Source: Isosphaeraceae bacterium (GTDB lineage Bacteria > Planctomycetota > Planctomycetia > Isosphaerales > Isosphaeraceae). From it: a stretch of DNA of 18,210 nucleotides. Position numbers and translations under genes: made by a program. Positions 6,811 through 15,174 of this stretch are shown one piece after another (position 1 is the first letter of the stretch; every line of letters begins with the position of its first letter). The DNA is taken from the NCBI GenBank assembly GCA_021324445.1, contig JAJPJC010000335.1, positions 1 to 18,210 on the forward strand, in the 5' to 3' direction. The notes below the pieces were generated by a model, which searched no databases, was not told the DNA's origin, and saw only the letters and a list, made by a program, of their open reading frames with translations.

Positions 6811-7874
6811 CGGGGGCTCCTGGTCGGGTTCGGGGACGTGGAAGGCCCCGCCTGGACTCTCGGCGGAGTTCGCGGCGGGGGCGGGACGCGGACCATGACG
6901 TACGCTTGGGCCCCGGGGATCGAGGCCTCCCCGAGCACGCGGTCGGTCGAGGACCAGCGCACCAGGTCGGATCGCTCCCGGATCAGGATGTTGGTCGACG
7001 AGGCAGCGACCCCCTCCGGTCGGGCGCCGGTGTGCTTGACGAGCCAGCGGTCGCCGTCACGGCTCCAGGTCCCCTCGCCGAAGCCGCCTTCGGAGTCGAA
7101 TTCCCAGGACCGGATCCGCCGGGCCAGCGGGTCCCAGCCGATGCGCTGGGAGACCGTCATCACCGGCTTGCCCTGCTGCCTGACCGTGAACGAGCGGATG
7201 AGGAAATTCCCGTCCTCCGACCAGCGGCAATTGACCCGGACCTGCGAATCGGAGGCCTCGTCGACCCAGTCGCCGATCATCCATTCGAGATCCTTGAGCC
7301 GATCGTGGGGCCGGACCAGCGGGTCGGCCTCCTCGCGGACGCTGGAAATGAGCCAGCGCCCGCCGCGCTTGACATACAAAACTGTGTACGGCTGGGCCAG
7401 GCGCGTATCCTGGGTCGGCCTGACGATCGTGCGGCCCTCCTCCTGGGCGACATCCGGGCTGAGGAACCGGATCGATCCGATCTCCAGCGCGATCGTCACC
7501 CCCGGGCTGGCGGCGAAGGTGTCGGCGAGACGGCGTTCGATCTGGTCACGTCCCTGAAGATGGTCGCCTTCGGCCTCGACGGCCTCGGCATCCTCGGTGA
7601 AGAGGGCCGCCAGGGCCTTGCTGTCGCCCTGGTTATAGGCGCGGACAAAGGCCTCATCGACGGCGCGGACGGCCTGCTCGTCCGCGGATTGGCCTGGACG
7701 GCTCGCCGCGGTTCCGTCCCCTCTGGTGGACGGGTTCGCCCGCGGCGGCTCCGGCTGGGACGAGACCTCGGCCCCGACCTGGGAGCGGGCCAGGCCGGGC
7801 CCGAGGATGGTCCCGAGCAGGGCGATGACCGCCAGCGGACCGACCACGCGGAATGTCCTGTTTTGAGAGATCAT
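6807..7874 (-). CDS. exported protein with two tandem NTF2-like (SnoaL/DUF4440-like) domains
   Basis: Seen: N-terminal hydrophobic segment RVVGPLAVIALLGTILGPGLA. Domain 1 is VRAVDEAFVRAYNQGDSKALAALFTEDAEAV...GRDQIERRLADTF...RGGRWLI. Domain 2 is LEWMIGDWVDE...VRVNCRWSEDGNFLIRSF...DGDRWLV. Both follow the NTF2-like pattern of an N-terminal helix with Asp/Glu, an aromatic cluster and a C-terminal W-L-hydrophobic sheet. A Pro-rich tail follows. The stop overlaps the downstream start. Confidence 0.75.
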   Translation of the reverse strand: MISQNRTFRVVGPLAVIALLGTILGPGLARSQVGAEVSSQPEPPRANPSTRGDGTAASRPGQSADEQAVRAVDEAFVRAYNQGDSKALAALFTEDAEAVEAEGDHLQGRDQIERRLADTFAASPGVTIALEIGSIRFLSPDVAQEEGRTIVRPTQDTRLAQPYTVLYVKRGGRWLISSVREEADPLVRPHDRLKDLEWMIGDWVDEASDSQVRVNCRWSEDGNFLIRSFTVRQQGKPVMTVSQRIGWDPLARRIRSWEFDSEGGFGEGTWSRDGDRWLVKHTGARPEGVAASSTNILIRERSDLVRWSSTDRVLGEASIPGAQAYVMVRVPPPPRTPPRVQAGPSTSPNPTRSPR

Positions 7875-8140
7875 GAGACGAGCATGCTCCCGGGCTAACG
7901 AGTTGATGACGGACGCCGGTTGCGGCCCGAGTTGTCAAGCGAACGCGAATCGGGGGCCTCTTCGTCCCCGTGTTGAGTTGGCTGGCTGCTCGCGGCCATC
8001 CTCCGCGCCCGATCCCCGGGGGTTGGGTGCCACGATCCGACCATGCGATCAGCCGCACAGCGGGAACGTCCTGCGCCGAATCCGGATCGGCCGACGTCTG
8101 CGATCACGGTCCTGAGACTACTCGCCGCGACTCACAACAG

Positions 8141-8776
8141 TCAAGGTCCAGGAGCGGCAGCGCCGGCTGAGGGAATGGCCGCGACGGGGCGGTCGCCCGC
8201 TGGAGCGGAGGACGGGTCCTTGGGGCGTGCTTCCAGGAGCATCCGCAGGTAAGACCGGGGCTCCACCTCGGTCAAGCCCAGCTCGGCGGCCAGGGCGAGC
8301 ACGGCGGCTTGCGCCGCGGGGAGCTGGGACTCATCGGCCACCAGGATCTCGATCTCGGCGAAATCGCCCAGGTGCTCGGCGCGGTCGAGCGACACCTCGA
8401 GCCCGTGCGGTGGATCCACCAGGTGGAAGGTCGTCCGTGTCTTGCGGACCGTGGCGACCGGGCGGAATCCCAGGATCTCGAAGAGCCGCGCGAGCTGCGC
8501 AAAGGCGTCGGCGCCCGGGGCGAGTGGGAGCTCGATCTCGGTGCGGGTCTTGGTCGGACCCTGCCGCCGGGGACCCTTGTAGGTGATCCGGTTCTCATCA
8601 CCAATCCGCCGCAGCCGCATCGCCTCATGGGTCGCGGCGAAATCGCGGGAGGGATGGTTCAGATAAACGTCTTCCTGGATGACCGGCGCCGCGGCGGCCG
8701 CACCCCGCTCGAGGAGCCGCCGCCGGAGCTGGTCGTGATCGACCGATCGGTACTTGACCTCCACTTCGAAACTCAT
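8141..8776 (-). CDS. CYTH-domain protein (triphosphate tunnel metalloenzyme / class IV adenylyl cyclase-like)
   Basis: Seen: MSFEVEVKYR (the E-x-E-x-K CYTH signature at the N-terminus), followed by QEDVYL...MRLRRIGDENRITYKGP...TRTEIELP...FHLV...EVSLD...GDFAEIE. The start is chosen at the internal ATG 8774-8776, which gives the canonical CYTH N-terminus; the track ORF extends to 8878. Confidence 0.7.
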   Translation of the reverse strand: MSFEVEVKYRSVDHDQLRRRLLERGAAAAAPVIQEDVYLNHPSRDFAATHEAMRLRRIGDENRITYKGPRRQGPTKTRTEIELPLAPGADAFAQLARLFEILGFRPVATVRKTRTTFHLVDPPHGLEVSLDRAEHLGDFAEIEILVADESQLPAAQAAVLALAAELGLTEVEPRSYLRMLLEARPKDPSSAPAGDRPVAAIPSAGAAAPGP

Positions 8777-8997
8777 GGACCCAGCGTAGGCCGCAGGTCC
8801 GGACCGGTCAACCGCCAGTGCCGCGCGCGCGGCCGGATTGTCCCGAATATTCCCTCCGGGCGACGAATAACCGTCCACTCCGGGGATTGAACCACTCCGG
8901 TGACCCGGCTGATCGGGTAATCTTTGCGGGACCGAGGCCCCGGGCGGGATGGGCCGTCCGGAGCGGTCATCGCGTTCGTTCGCAGAGGAGCGTCGCT

Positions 8998-11277
8998 GTG
9001 GGGAGCCTGTTCTGGGTGTTGGCCATCGTCGCCATCGTGGTGATCGGATGTGAGCTCACCGGCTTGCGCTACATCGCCAACAACCGAGTCGGAATCGTCG
9101 AGAAGCTCTGGTCCGTGAAAGGGTCGGTGCCCGAGGGGCGGATCATCGCGCTGGAAGGTGAGGCCGGCTTCCAGGCCGAGGTGCTCCGCGGTGGCATGCA
9201 CCTCGGCTACTGGCGATGGCAATACCGCATCCATCGCGTCCCCCTGGTCACCATCTCCCAGGGCAAGATCGGTTACGTCTATGCCCGCGACGGCGAAGCC
9301 CTCCAACCCAGCCAAACCCTGGGGCAGGTGATTGCTTGCAATCACTTCCAGGATGCACGGCGGTTCCTGGGGGGCGTGGGGGTGAGTCCCGAACAGGAGC
9401 CGCTGGTCGGGCAGCGGGGCCGCCAGCGGGCGATCCTGCGTGAGGGCGTTTACGCCATCAACCTGGCGCTGTTCATGGTGATCACCGAGGAGGCGGTGTA
9501 TCGGCTGGAGACCGGCGGCTCGAAGGAGCTCAAGGCGCTGGTCAACTGGCAAAACGAGCTGGGCCAGATCGAAGGGTTCAGCCCGGTGATCATCGGTGGG
9601 CCGGTCGAGGCGCCGGACCCACTCAATCCTGGCAAGACCACCCTGGTCGACAGCACGGGAATCGTGACGGTGCATGACGGTCCGTCGCTGCCGCCGGGCG
9701 AAATCATCGCGCCGGCGGTGGGGTGCGACCGCAACGACAAGGACTTCCACAACAACTATCAGGATCCCGAGGCGTTTCTCCGCGCCGGGGGGCGCCGGGG
9801 CTTGCAGTACGTCCCGCTGACCGACGGCACCTACTTCATCAACCGTTGGTTCGCCACCATCGAGTCGATCCCCAAAACGATCGTACCGATCGGTTACGTT
9901 GGCGTGGTGGTCAGCTACTATGGCCGGAGTGGGCAGGACATCTCGGGGCAGGCGTTCCGTCACGGCGAGCGAGTCGGGGAGGGGGAGCGCGGCGTCCAGG
10001 AGAAGCCGCTGGGCCCGGGCAAGTATGCGTTCAATACCTACGCCGGGAACATCATCCTGGTCCCCACCACCAACTTTGTCCTGCACTGGGTGACCGGGCG
10101 CACCGAGGCGCATCGCTACGACGAGAGCCTCCGCTCGATCGACCTGGTGACCAAGGATGCCTACGAGCCGACCCTGCCCCTGTCGGTCGTCGTCCATATC
10201 GACTATCAGAAGGCGCCCAACGTCATCCAGCGGTTCGGCGACGTCAAGAAGCTGATCACCCAGACGCTCGACCCGATGCTCAGCGCCTACTTCCGTGACG
10301 TGGCGCACAAGCGGACGATGCTGGCGTTGCTCCAGGACCGCGATTCGATCCAGCACGAGGCGACCGAGGAACTCGGCCGCAAGTTCCACATCTTTGACAT
10401 CGAGTGCGTCGACGTCCTGATCGGCAAGCCCGACACCGAATCGGCCGGCGGCAAGATCGAGACCCTGCTCGAGCAGTTGCGGCTGCGGCAACTGTCGTTG
10501 GAGCAGGTCGAGACCTACTCGAAACAGGTCACGGCCGCCCAGACGCTGCGCACACTCAATGAGGCCCAGGCCCAGGCGCAGATGCAAACCCAACTGTCGA
10601 ACTCGATGGTGCAGATCCGCATCGCCGAGAACGAGGCGGAGGCGCAGCTCGCCCGGGCGCGCAAGCAGGCCGAGCAGGTCGTTGTCACGGCCGAGGCCGA
10701 GAGCCAGCAGCGCATCCTGGCCGGTCGCGGCGAGGGCGCGCGGGTGCTCCAGGAGGGCCTGGCCGAAGCGTCGGTGTTGCTCCGGAAGATCAACTCGTTC
10801 TCCGATCCGCGGCTCTATGCGCTCTCGGTCGTGGCCGCCAACCTGGCCAAGTGCACACAGCCGCTGGTGCCCGAGCGCGTCTTCATCGGCGGTGTCGGGG
10901 GCGGCAACGGCGCCCCGGGTGAGAACCCGCTCACCGCCGGGGGCGGCGCGGCGGCCGGGAGCGGGCTCTTCGGCCTGCTGCTGAGCCTGCTGGTCGCCGA
11001 GAAATCGGGCTTCCAGCTCGCCGAGCACCCCGCGGAATCGGAGCTCCGCGCCTTCACCGAGAAGGTCACGCGCCAGGCGATGGAGTCAATCCAGCAGTCG
11101 CTGGGACCGGTCAAACGCCCCAAGAATCCTCGGCTTCAACCGCAGGCGATGGACTCGATCCAGCAGGTCGTGGGCGAGGAGGGTTTCGCGCCGGAGCCGC
11201 GCGGCGACGCCGCGCCGCCTCCGACCACCACGGCCGCGCGCCTCGACGGCCTCGATGGCGGTCGCGCCGCCACCTGA
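8998..11277 (+). CDS. SPFH/band-7 (flotillin-like) membrane protein with long Ala/Gln/Glu coiled-coil C-terminal region
   Basis: Seen: GTG start at 8998 with SD AGAGGAG about 8 nt upstream. N-terminal TM helix LFWVLAIVAIVVIGC. A band-7-like core (GVVVSYYGRSG...KYAFNTYAGNIILVPTTNF...LPLSVVVHIDYQ). A flotillin-type EA/Q-rich coiled coil (QAQAQMQTQLSNSMVQIRIAENEAEAQLARARKQAEQVVVTAEAESQQRILAGRGEGARVL). The Gly/Ala-rich tail precedes a final segment ESELRAFTEKVTRQAMESIQQSLGPVKRPKNPRLQPQAMDSIQQVVGEEGFAPEPRGDAAPPPTTTAARLDGLDGGRAAT. The antisense ORF 8773..11028 is rejected. Confidence 0.65.
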   Translation: MGSLFWVLAIVAIVVIGCELTGLRYIANNRVGIVEKLWSVKGSVPEGRIIALEGEAGFQAEVLRGGMHLGYWRWQYRIHRVPLVTISQGKIGYVYARDGEALQPSQTLGQVIACNHFQDARRFLGGVGVSPEQEPLVGQRGRQRAILREGVYAINLALFMVITEEAVYRLETGGSKELKALVNWQNELGQIEGFSPVIIGGPVEAPDPLNPGKTTLVDSTGIVTVHDGPSLPPGEIIAPAVGCDRNDKDFHNNYQDPEAFLRAGGRRGLQYVPLTDGTYFINRWFATIESIPKTIVPIGYVGVVVSYYGRSGQDISGQAFRHGERVGEGERGVQEKPLGPGKYAFNTYAGNIILVPTTNFVLHWVTGRTEAHRYDESLRSIDLVTKDAYEPTLPLSVVVHIDYQKAPNVIQRFGDVKKLITQTLDPMLSAYFRDVAHKRTMLALLQDRDSIQHEATEELGRKFHIFDIECVDVLIGKPDTESAGGKIETLLEQLRLRQLSLEQVETYSKQVTAAQTLRTLNEAQAQAQMQTQLSNSMVQIRIAENEAEAQLARARKQAEQVVVTAEAESQQRILAGRGEGARVLQEGLAEASVLLRKINSFSDPRLYALSVVAANLAKCTQPLVPERVFIGGVGGGNGAPGENPLTAGGGAAAGSGLFGLLLSLLVAEKSGFQLAEHPAESELRAFTEKVTRQAMESIQQSLGPVKRPKNPRLQPQAMDSIQQVVGEEGFAPEPRGDAAPPPTTTAARLDGLDGGRAAT

Positions 11278-11351
11278 GAGCCCGCGGATGACGCCAGGAC
11301 GCCATCCGGGGTTGGTGGTCCAGCCAGAGCGGGCGCATCCACCCTCCCTGA

Positions 11352-11372
11352 CCCCCCCTGATCAAGGGGGGG
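11352..11372 (+). terminator. C7-TGATCAA-G7 hairpin (possible factor-independent terminator after the flotillin-like gene; no U-tract)
   Basis: Seen: CCCCCCC (11352-11358), loop TGATCAA, GGGGGGG (11366-11372). It lies 75 nt after the stop at 11277 and is followed by AAAGGGAGG, not a T-run. Confidence 0.35.
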
Positions 11373-11440
11373 AAAGGGAGGACCCCGACCGGATACCGAT
11401 TAAATTCCTTGATATATTTTTCTTACTGATTCTCTCGGGC

Positions 11441-11469
11441 TTGATCCCGCGTCGATCCTCGGCTAGAAT
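11441..11469 (+). promoter_or_regulatory. sigma70-like promoter for rpsR: TTGATC -N17- TAGAAT
   Basis: Seen: -35 TTGATC at 11441-11446, a 17-bp spacer, and -10 TAGAAT at 11464-11469. It sits in the only AT-rich patch (11395-11440) upstream of rpsR and predicts a ~95-nt 5' leader. Confidence 0.5.
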
Positions 11470-11565
11470 CTGGGTTTCGCGTCCGGGCCGCCGGGAGTGG
11501 CCAGGCCCAGTGACGCACCCTCCCTGAGTGATCATCCAGCGCAACTGACTGAGGTAAACGGGTTT

Positions 11566-11808
11566 ATGCCGAGGAAGAAGTTCGGACGCAACCGCAAGAA
11601 TCGTTGCCGTTTCTGCACACCCGAGGGTTGCCCTCGGCCGGCCTACGTCGACTACAAGGACGTCGGCCTGCTCAAGAAGCTCTGCACCAATCAGAACAAG
11701 GTCTTTTCCCGCAAGCGCAGCGGCAGTTGCGCGGCCTTTCAGCGCGCCGCCAGCGCAGCGGTCAAGCGCGCCCGCTTCATGGCGTTGCTGCCGTATGTCG
11801 GGGAATGA
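11566..11808 (+). CDS. rpsR: 30S ribosomal protein S18
   Basis: Seen: MPRKKFGRNRKNRCRFC...VDYKDVGLLKKLCTNQNKVFSRKRSGSCAAFQRAASAAVKRARFMALLPY matches the S18 family signature (CRFC, IDYKD-x-LL, KRAR-x-ALLPY). SD GAGGT lies 8 nt upstream of the ATG. It is monocistronic here, with no rpsF or rplI in the window. Confidence 0.9.
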   Translation: MPRKKFGRNRKNRCRFCTPEGCPRPAYVDYKDVGLLKKLCTNQNKVFSRKRSGSCAAFQRAASAAVKRARFMALLPYVGE

Positions 11809-11831
11809 GCCGCCGGTAGCCGGATCTCCCC

Positions 11832-13436
11832 CTACGGGCCGGGCACGGTCCGGATTGAGCCGCCCCGACCCGGCGGGTTCACCCTGGGCTGCGGCTCGCG
11901 GTGCCGGGCGCCGCCACGACCGTCCTTGAGGAAGGAAAGGAGCTGGGCCTCGAGAGTGGCGTACGGCTGACCCAGGCGATCCTGGAGCGATCGGCCGGTC
12001 GTGCGCTTGATCCGCCCGCGGTAGGCGTCGCGGACATAGTCGAGGAAGCCGTCGCGATAGGTCCCCTGGCGGGCCTGCATCAAGAAGACGGTCAGGGCCA
12101 TGCCTTCCTGGTAACGGAGGTAAATGCCGGAATCGTCGCGCTTGAAGGCGTCCTCGCCGAGGGCGACGAACTGGGCCAGCGGGATCGCCCGGCCCTGGTC
12201 CACCAGGGCTTTGATCGCTTCGGCGATCCGGGGCCCGACCAGGCCCCCGACCTCGATCGAGCCGTCGGGCTGCGGCTCGACCGTCTCGAAGTAGGTGCCC
12301 AGCCCCTCGAAGACCCAGTAGTTGCCGTAGTTCTTGGTGTACTGATTGGGCCCAGCCATCTCGAAGAGGAGCTGATGCGAGACTTCGTGGTAGAGATTGG
12401 CCGTGACCGGGAGCTGCCCTCCGGGGTCGTGGAAGAAGTAGGCCGGTGCCCGGCCGCCCCGTCCGGGCCTGGGGGGGTCGTAAAAGCCGAGGCTTTGCGC
12501 GATCTCGGCCCCGTACCTGGGACTGAGGTGTTCCGCGTATTCGTCCTTGGACCCGAAATAGTAAACCAGATGGGGCTTCGACGTGGGCTCGCCCACCAGG
12601 GCCGGATCGCGGAACCGGCGGGCTAAGGGGAGGTTGTCACCGAGCAGATCCGCCATCAGGGCCGAGAACAGGTCGTGGAAGGCTTCCAGTCGGCGGCCGA
12701 AGCTGATCGCTTCGGCCAGGGGAAGATTGGTCTGGACCTCGAAGTGCTCGGTGAAGATCTGCCAGGGGGGTTTCCAACCGGCTCGGAGGCGGTCGGCATC
12801 CACGGCCGCCAGCCATCGCACCTTCTGGCCCCGGACCTGCGGCGCGGGCAGCTCGCCGCGATCCAGGTGTGGCAGCCAGTCGGACTTCACCCAGCCGAAG
12901 ACCGGATGATCGACCAACCCGTTCTGAAGTTGTCCCACGGCAAAGGGCCTGGCCCAGCCGCCGGCATGCGGCACGTACCCCAGCAGCCGGCGCGCCTCGG
13001 GGTGATCGGGCTGCCGCTCCAGGACCCCGCGCAGGCACCGGTCGGCCAGCGCGTACCGCGGCGGTTGCGCGTGGGCGGCCCGCTGGGCCAGCGCGAACAG
13101 CTCGGACGCAAACCGCCCCTGGATCGCCGCGAGCTGGGACCGCCACGCCGCCACTTCCCCCTTGGGACGGGGCCCGACCACATCCGGCAAGGGGACGAAC
13201 TGCGTCGGTCCATCCGGGGCCACCTCCCGGGGAAGCCGCCCGCGCACCTCCCGGGCCGCCTGCACATTCCCCGTCCCGGCCAGCCGGTCGGCCAGCTCGC
13301 TCAAGTCCGCCGCCTCGCTCGCCAGGATCGCCCGTCGGGAGGTTTCGAGCTCACGCGCAACCGCTTCGCCCGTCAGCGGCCGCGGAACCTGACCCACAAC
13401 CCCCAGCAACCCGACGAGACACCATGAGCAGGACAT
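11832..13436 (-). CDS. secreted HExxH zinc-metallopeptidase-like protein (gluzincin-like; resembles Planctomycete DUF1570 family)
   Basis: Seen: signal peptide MSCSWCLVGLLGVVGQVP. The motif HEVSH with Glu residues 9 and 28 residues downstream (LLFEMAG...WVFEGLGTYFE). SD AAGGGAG lies 6 nt upstream of ATG 13436. The track ORF extends to 13532, but the signal peptide and SD favour 13436. Confidence 0.75.
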   Translation of the reverse strand: MSCSWCLVGLLGVVGQVPRPLTGEAVARELETSRRAILASEAADLSELADRLAGTGNVQAAREVRGRLPREVAPDGPTQFVPLPDVVGPRPKGEVAAWRSQLAAIQGRFASELFALAQRAAHAQPPRYALADRCLRGVLERQPDHPEARRLLGYVPHAGGWARPFAVGQLQNGLVDHPVFGWVKSDWLPHLDRGELPAPQVRGQKVRWLAAVDADRLRAGWKPPWQIFTEHFEVQTNLPLAEAISFGRRLEAFHDLFSALMADLLGDNLPLARRFRDPALVGEPTSKPHLVYYFGSKDEYAEHLSPRYGAEIAQSLGFYDPPRPGRGGRAPAYFFHDPGGQLPVTANLYHEVSHQLLFEMAGPNQYTKNYGNYWVFEGLGTYFETVEPQPDGSIEVGGLVGPRIAEAIKALVDQGRAIPLAQFVALGEDAFKRDDSGIYLRYQEGMALTVFLMQARQGTYRDGFLDYVRDAYRGRIKRTTGRSLQDRLGQPYATLEAQLLSFLKDGRGGARHREPQPRVNPPGRGGSIRTVPGP

Positions 13437-13450
13437 CGCAGCTCCCTTGC

Positions 13451-13617
13451 GCGTACGCAGTACGCAGTGAAGACCGACCGAGAGCGAGGCAACACGGAGA
13501 GACACCCGGGAATGCGAGTTCCTCTGTTCCACTCCTATCGCCGATCGACGAGATCCTCAAGATCTTATTCGCCCGGCCCCGCTTCCAGAAGCTCTTCACT
13601 GCGGATTGCGTACGGCC
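13451..13617. repeat. Second inverted pair of the (K-ACGCAG)n...TGAAGA motif, flanking ~113 bp in the peptidase-gene leader/promoter region
   Basis: Seen: 13451-13480 reads GCGTACGCAGTACGCAGTGAAGACcgaccg. The reverse complement of 13594-13617 reads GGCCGTACGCAATCCGCAGTGAAGAG. The left copy sits at -15 to -44 from the peptidase start codon and abuts its SD. The same motif occurs at 3148-3180. Confidence 0.5.
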
Positions 13618-13723
13618 TGAATGATCTGGACGCCACCCGGAGATCGTCGCACAATGCAGGCCCTGGGTGGGGGTCGATCCCTGGGGCGGTCCGCGTTTGG
13701 CCCACGTATTGGAGGCGACGATC

Positions 13724-14278
13724 ATGGATGTCCCGCGCTCGCGCATTCCCACGGCGGTGGTGCTGCTGGCGGGTGTGGCTCTGGGGTGGCTGCTGGCGAG
13801 TTTCCGACTGGCCCCGGCTCGGGCCGGGGCCGGGGACCGGTCCGGCGAGAGCATCGTGGCGACCGGACCGGTGCTGGTACGCTTCGACGAAGGGGCCAAG
13901 GCGGCAATCCCGCTCGACGCCTTGTATTTCCTCGACTACAAGGGGGGCCGGCTGATCGCCACGGTCCCCGCGTTTCGCCAGACCGGTGCGGTACCGCACC
14001 TGATCGACACGTTCGCCGAGCGCGACCTGGCGGTCGACTTTCAGCTCAGACTGGAAAGCGGCCCGCGTCCCCACTTCCTGATGACCACCGGCTCCCTCGG
14101 CGCCTACAGCGCGGGCTGGGCTCCGCTTTATGTCTTGGAGACGACCACCAACCAACTGGGGATCTATCGAATGCAGACTTCCCAGACAGCCGGGACGATC
14201 TCGCGGCCTCGGCTCGACCTGGTCGAGCTGCGGTCCTACACCCGGCCGCTGAGTCCCGCGCCGCCGGCTTCTCCTTGA
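13724..14278 (+). CDS. hypothetical membrane-anchored protein (N-terminal TM helix, ~150-aa extracytoplasmic domain)
   Basis: Seen: SD GGAGG lies 8 nt upstream of ATG 13724. The TM segment is TAVVLLAGVALGWLLASF and the composition is balanced. The overlapping frame 13621..14481 is Arg/Gly/Pro-rich and rejected. Confidence 0.5.
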   Translation: MDVPRSRIPTAVVLLAGVALGWLLASFRLAPARAGAGDRSGESIVATGPVLVRFDEGAKAAIPLDALYFLDYKGGRLIATVPAFRQTGAVPHLIDTFAERDLAVDFQLRLESGPRPHFLMTTGSLGAYSAGWAPLYVLETTTNQLGIYRMQTSQTAGTISRPRLDLVELRSYTRPLSPAPPASP

Positions 14279-14323
14279 GGCGCGGAGCGGCCGGGCCGCG
14301 GCCGGATTGGTCCGCTCGGCGGC

Positions 14324-15070
14324 TCAGCCCGGTCCACGACGGCCGCCGGGACCTCCGGGCCCAGGCGGTCCGCCCCCCATGGCCGGCGCGGTGCCTGGGG
14401 CGGCGCCGCCGGCGCCCTCGACGGCTCCCTCCTCGGGCAGCAAGTGTTCGTCGCCATACGGCCGGGCCTCGAAATGATTGAGGAGCCACTCCGCGCGCGG
14501 ATCGAAGACCTGCACCGGCTCCCGATTGTTTCCCCAAACCCCGTAGGTCCCGAACGGATCGCGCGCTCCCCTGCCATACTGAGCGAACACATCCCCCGTC
14601 TGGTACTGGAAGAAGCCCAGCCACTGATGATCGAGCCCCAGTCCGAAGGGTGGCTTCGTCTCGTGATCGATCACCGTAAAGATCTTCTTGTGCACCGGCG
14701 CCGTGTGGAAGGCCAGGATGACGATCGCCATGGTCACCAGCGCCCCCCCCAGGCCGAAGATCAGCCGGCCAAGATGGAAGATCGGGGTGGGGAATCGCAC
14801 CATGGCCGGGGCGATCGTCTCGGTCGTCATCCGCAGGAGCACCACTGAGACGCAGAACAGTCCCAGCAGGCAGAGCGTGTCCGAAAAACCCCAGGGGATG
14901 CCGGTCCGATCGAGGAGCTGAGCCAGCGGCTCGTAGAAGTTGAAGGCGATCATCCCGCCGAACAGGACGTTGAAAAACATCAAGGCCGCGCCCCAGAGCC
15001 CCTCGCTGATCAGGGCATACCACAAGCCGAGGATCAGCACCACAATGATCAGGTTGATGACCGCATACAT
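14324..15070 (-). CDS. CvpA-family-like polytopic membrane protein with Gly/Pro-rich C-terminal tail
   Basis: Seen: MYAVINLIIVVLILGLWYALISEGLWGAALMFFNVLFGGMIAFNF..., then 3 further hydrophobic helices. The first-helix pattern (I-D/N-hhhhhhh...G-h-x-E) resembles CvpA/colicin V production protein. SD GAGGGA lies 7 nt upstream. The assignment is from memory of the family and is moderately confident. Confidence 0.5.
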   Translation of the reverse strand: MYAVINLIIVVLILGLWYALISEGLWGAALMFFNVLFGGMIAFNFYEPLAQLLDRTGIPWGFSDTLCLLGLFCVSVVLLRMTTETIAPAMVRFPTPIFHLGRLIFGLGGALVTMAIVILAFHTAPVHKKIFTVIDHETKPPFGLGLDHQWLGFFQYQTGDVFAQYGRGARDPFGTYGVWGNNREPVQVFDPRAEWLLNHFEARPYGDEHLLPEEGAVEGAGGAAPGTAPAMGGGPPGPGGPGGRRGPG

Positions 15071-15174
15071 GAGACTTCCCTCAAAAGACGAAATCGGGCG
15101 ATCGACGGCGGAGGGTCGGGAGACGGGCCGGCCGCACCGGCATCCCGGAGTCGGCGCGGCCCTCGGCTCCGGCC

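Noticed and set aside
4672-7557. 961-aa ORF on the plus strand
   Set aside because: It runs antisense to two well-supported minus-strand genes. Its composition is Arg/Gly/Pro/Ala-biased, as expected for an open reverse frame in 70% GC DNA. It has no motifs, no SD and no sensible start.
8773-11028. 751-aa ORF on the minus strand
   Set aside because: It is antisense to the flotillin-like gene. Its sequence is Leu/Arg/Gly/Asp-rich and low-complexity, typical of a GC-rich shadow ORF.
13621-14481. 286-aa plus-strand ORF overlapping the 13724..14278 gene in another frame
   Set aside because: Its Arg/Gly/Pro-rich composition has no hydrophobic core. The 13724 frame has a proper SD, a TM helix and balanced composition.
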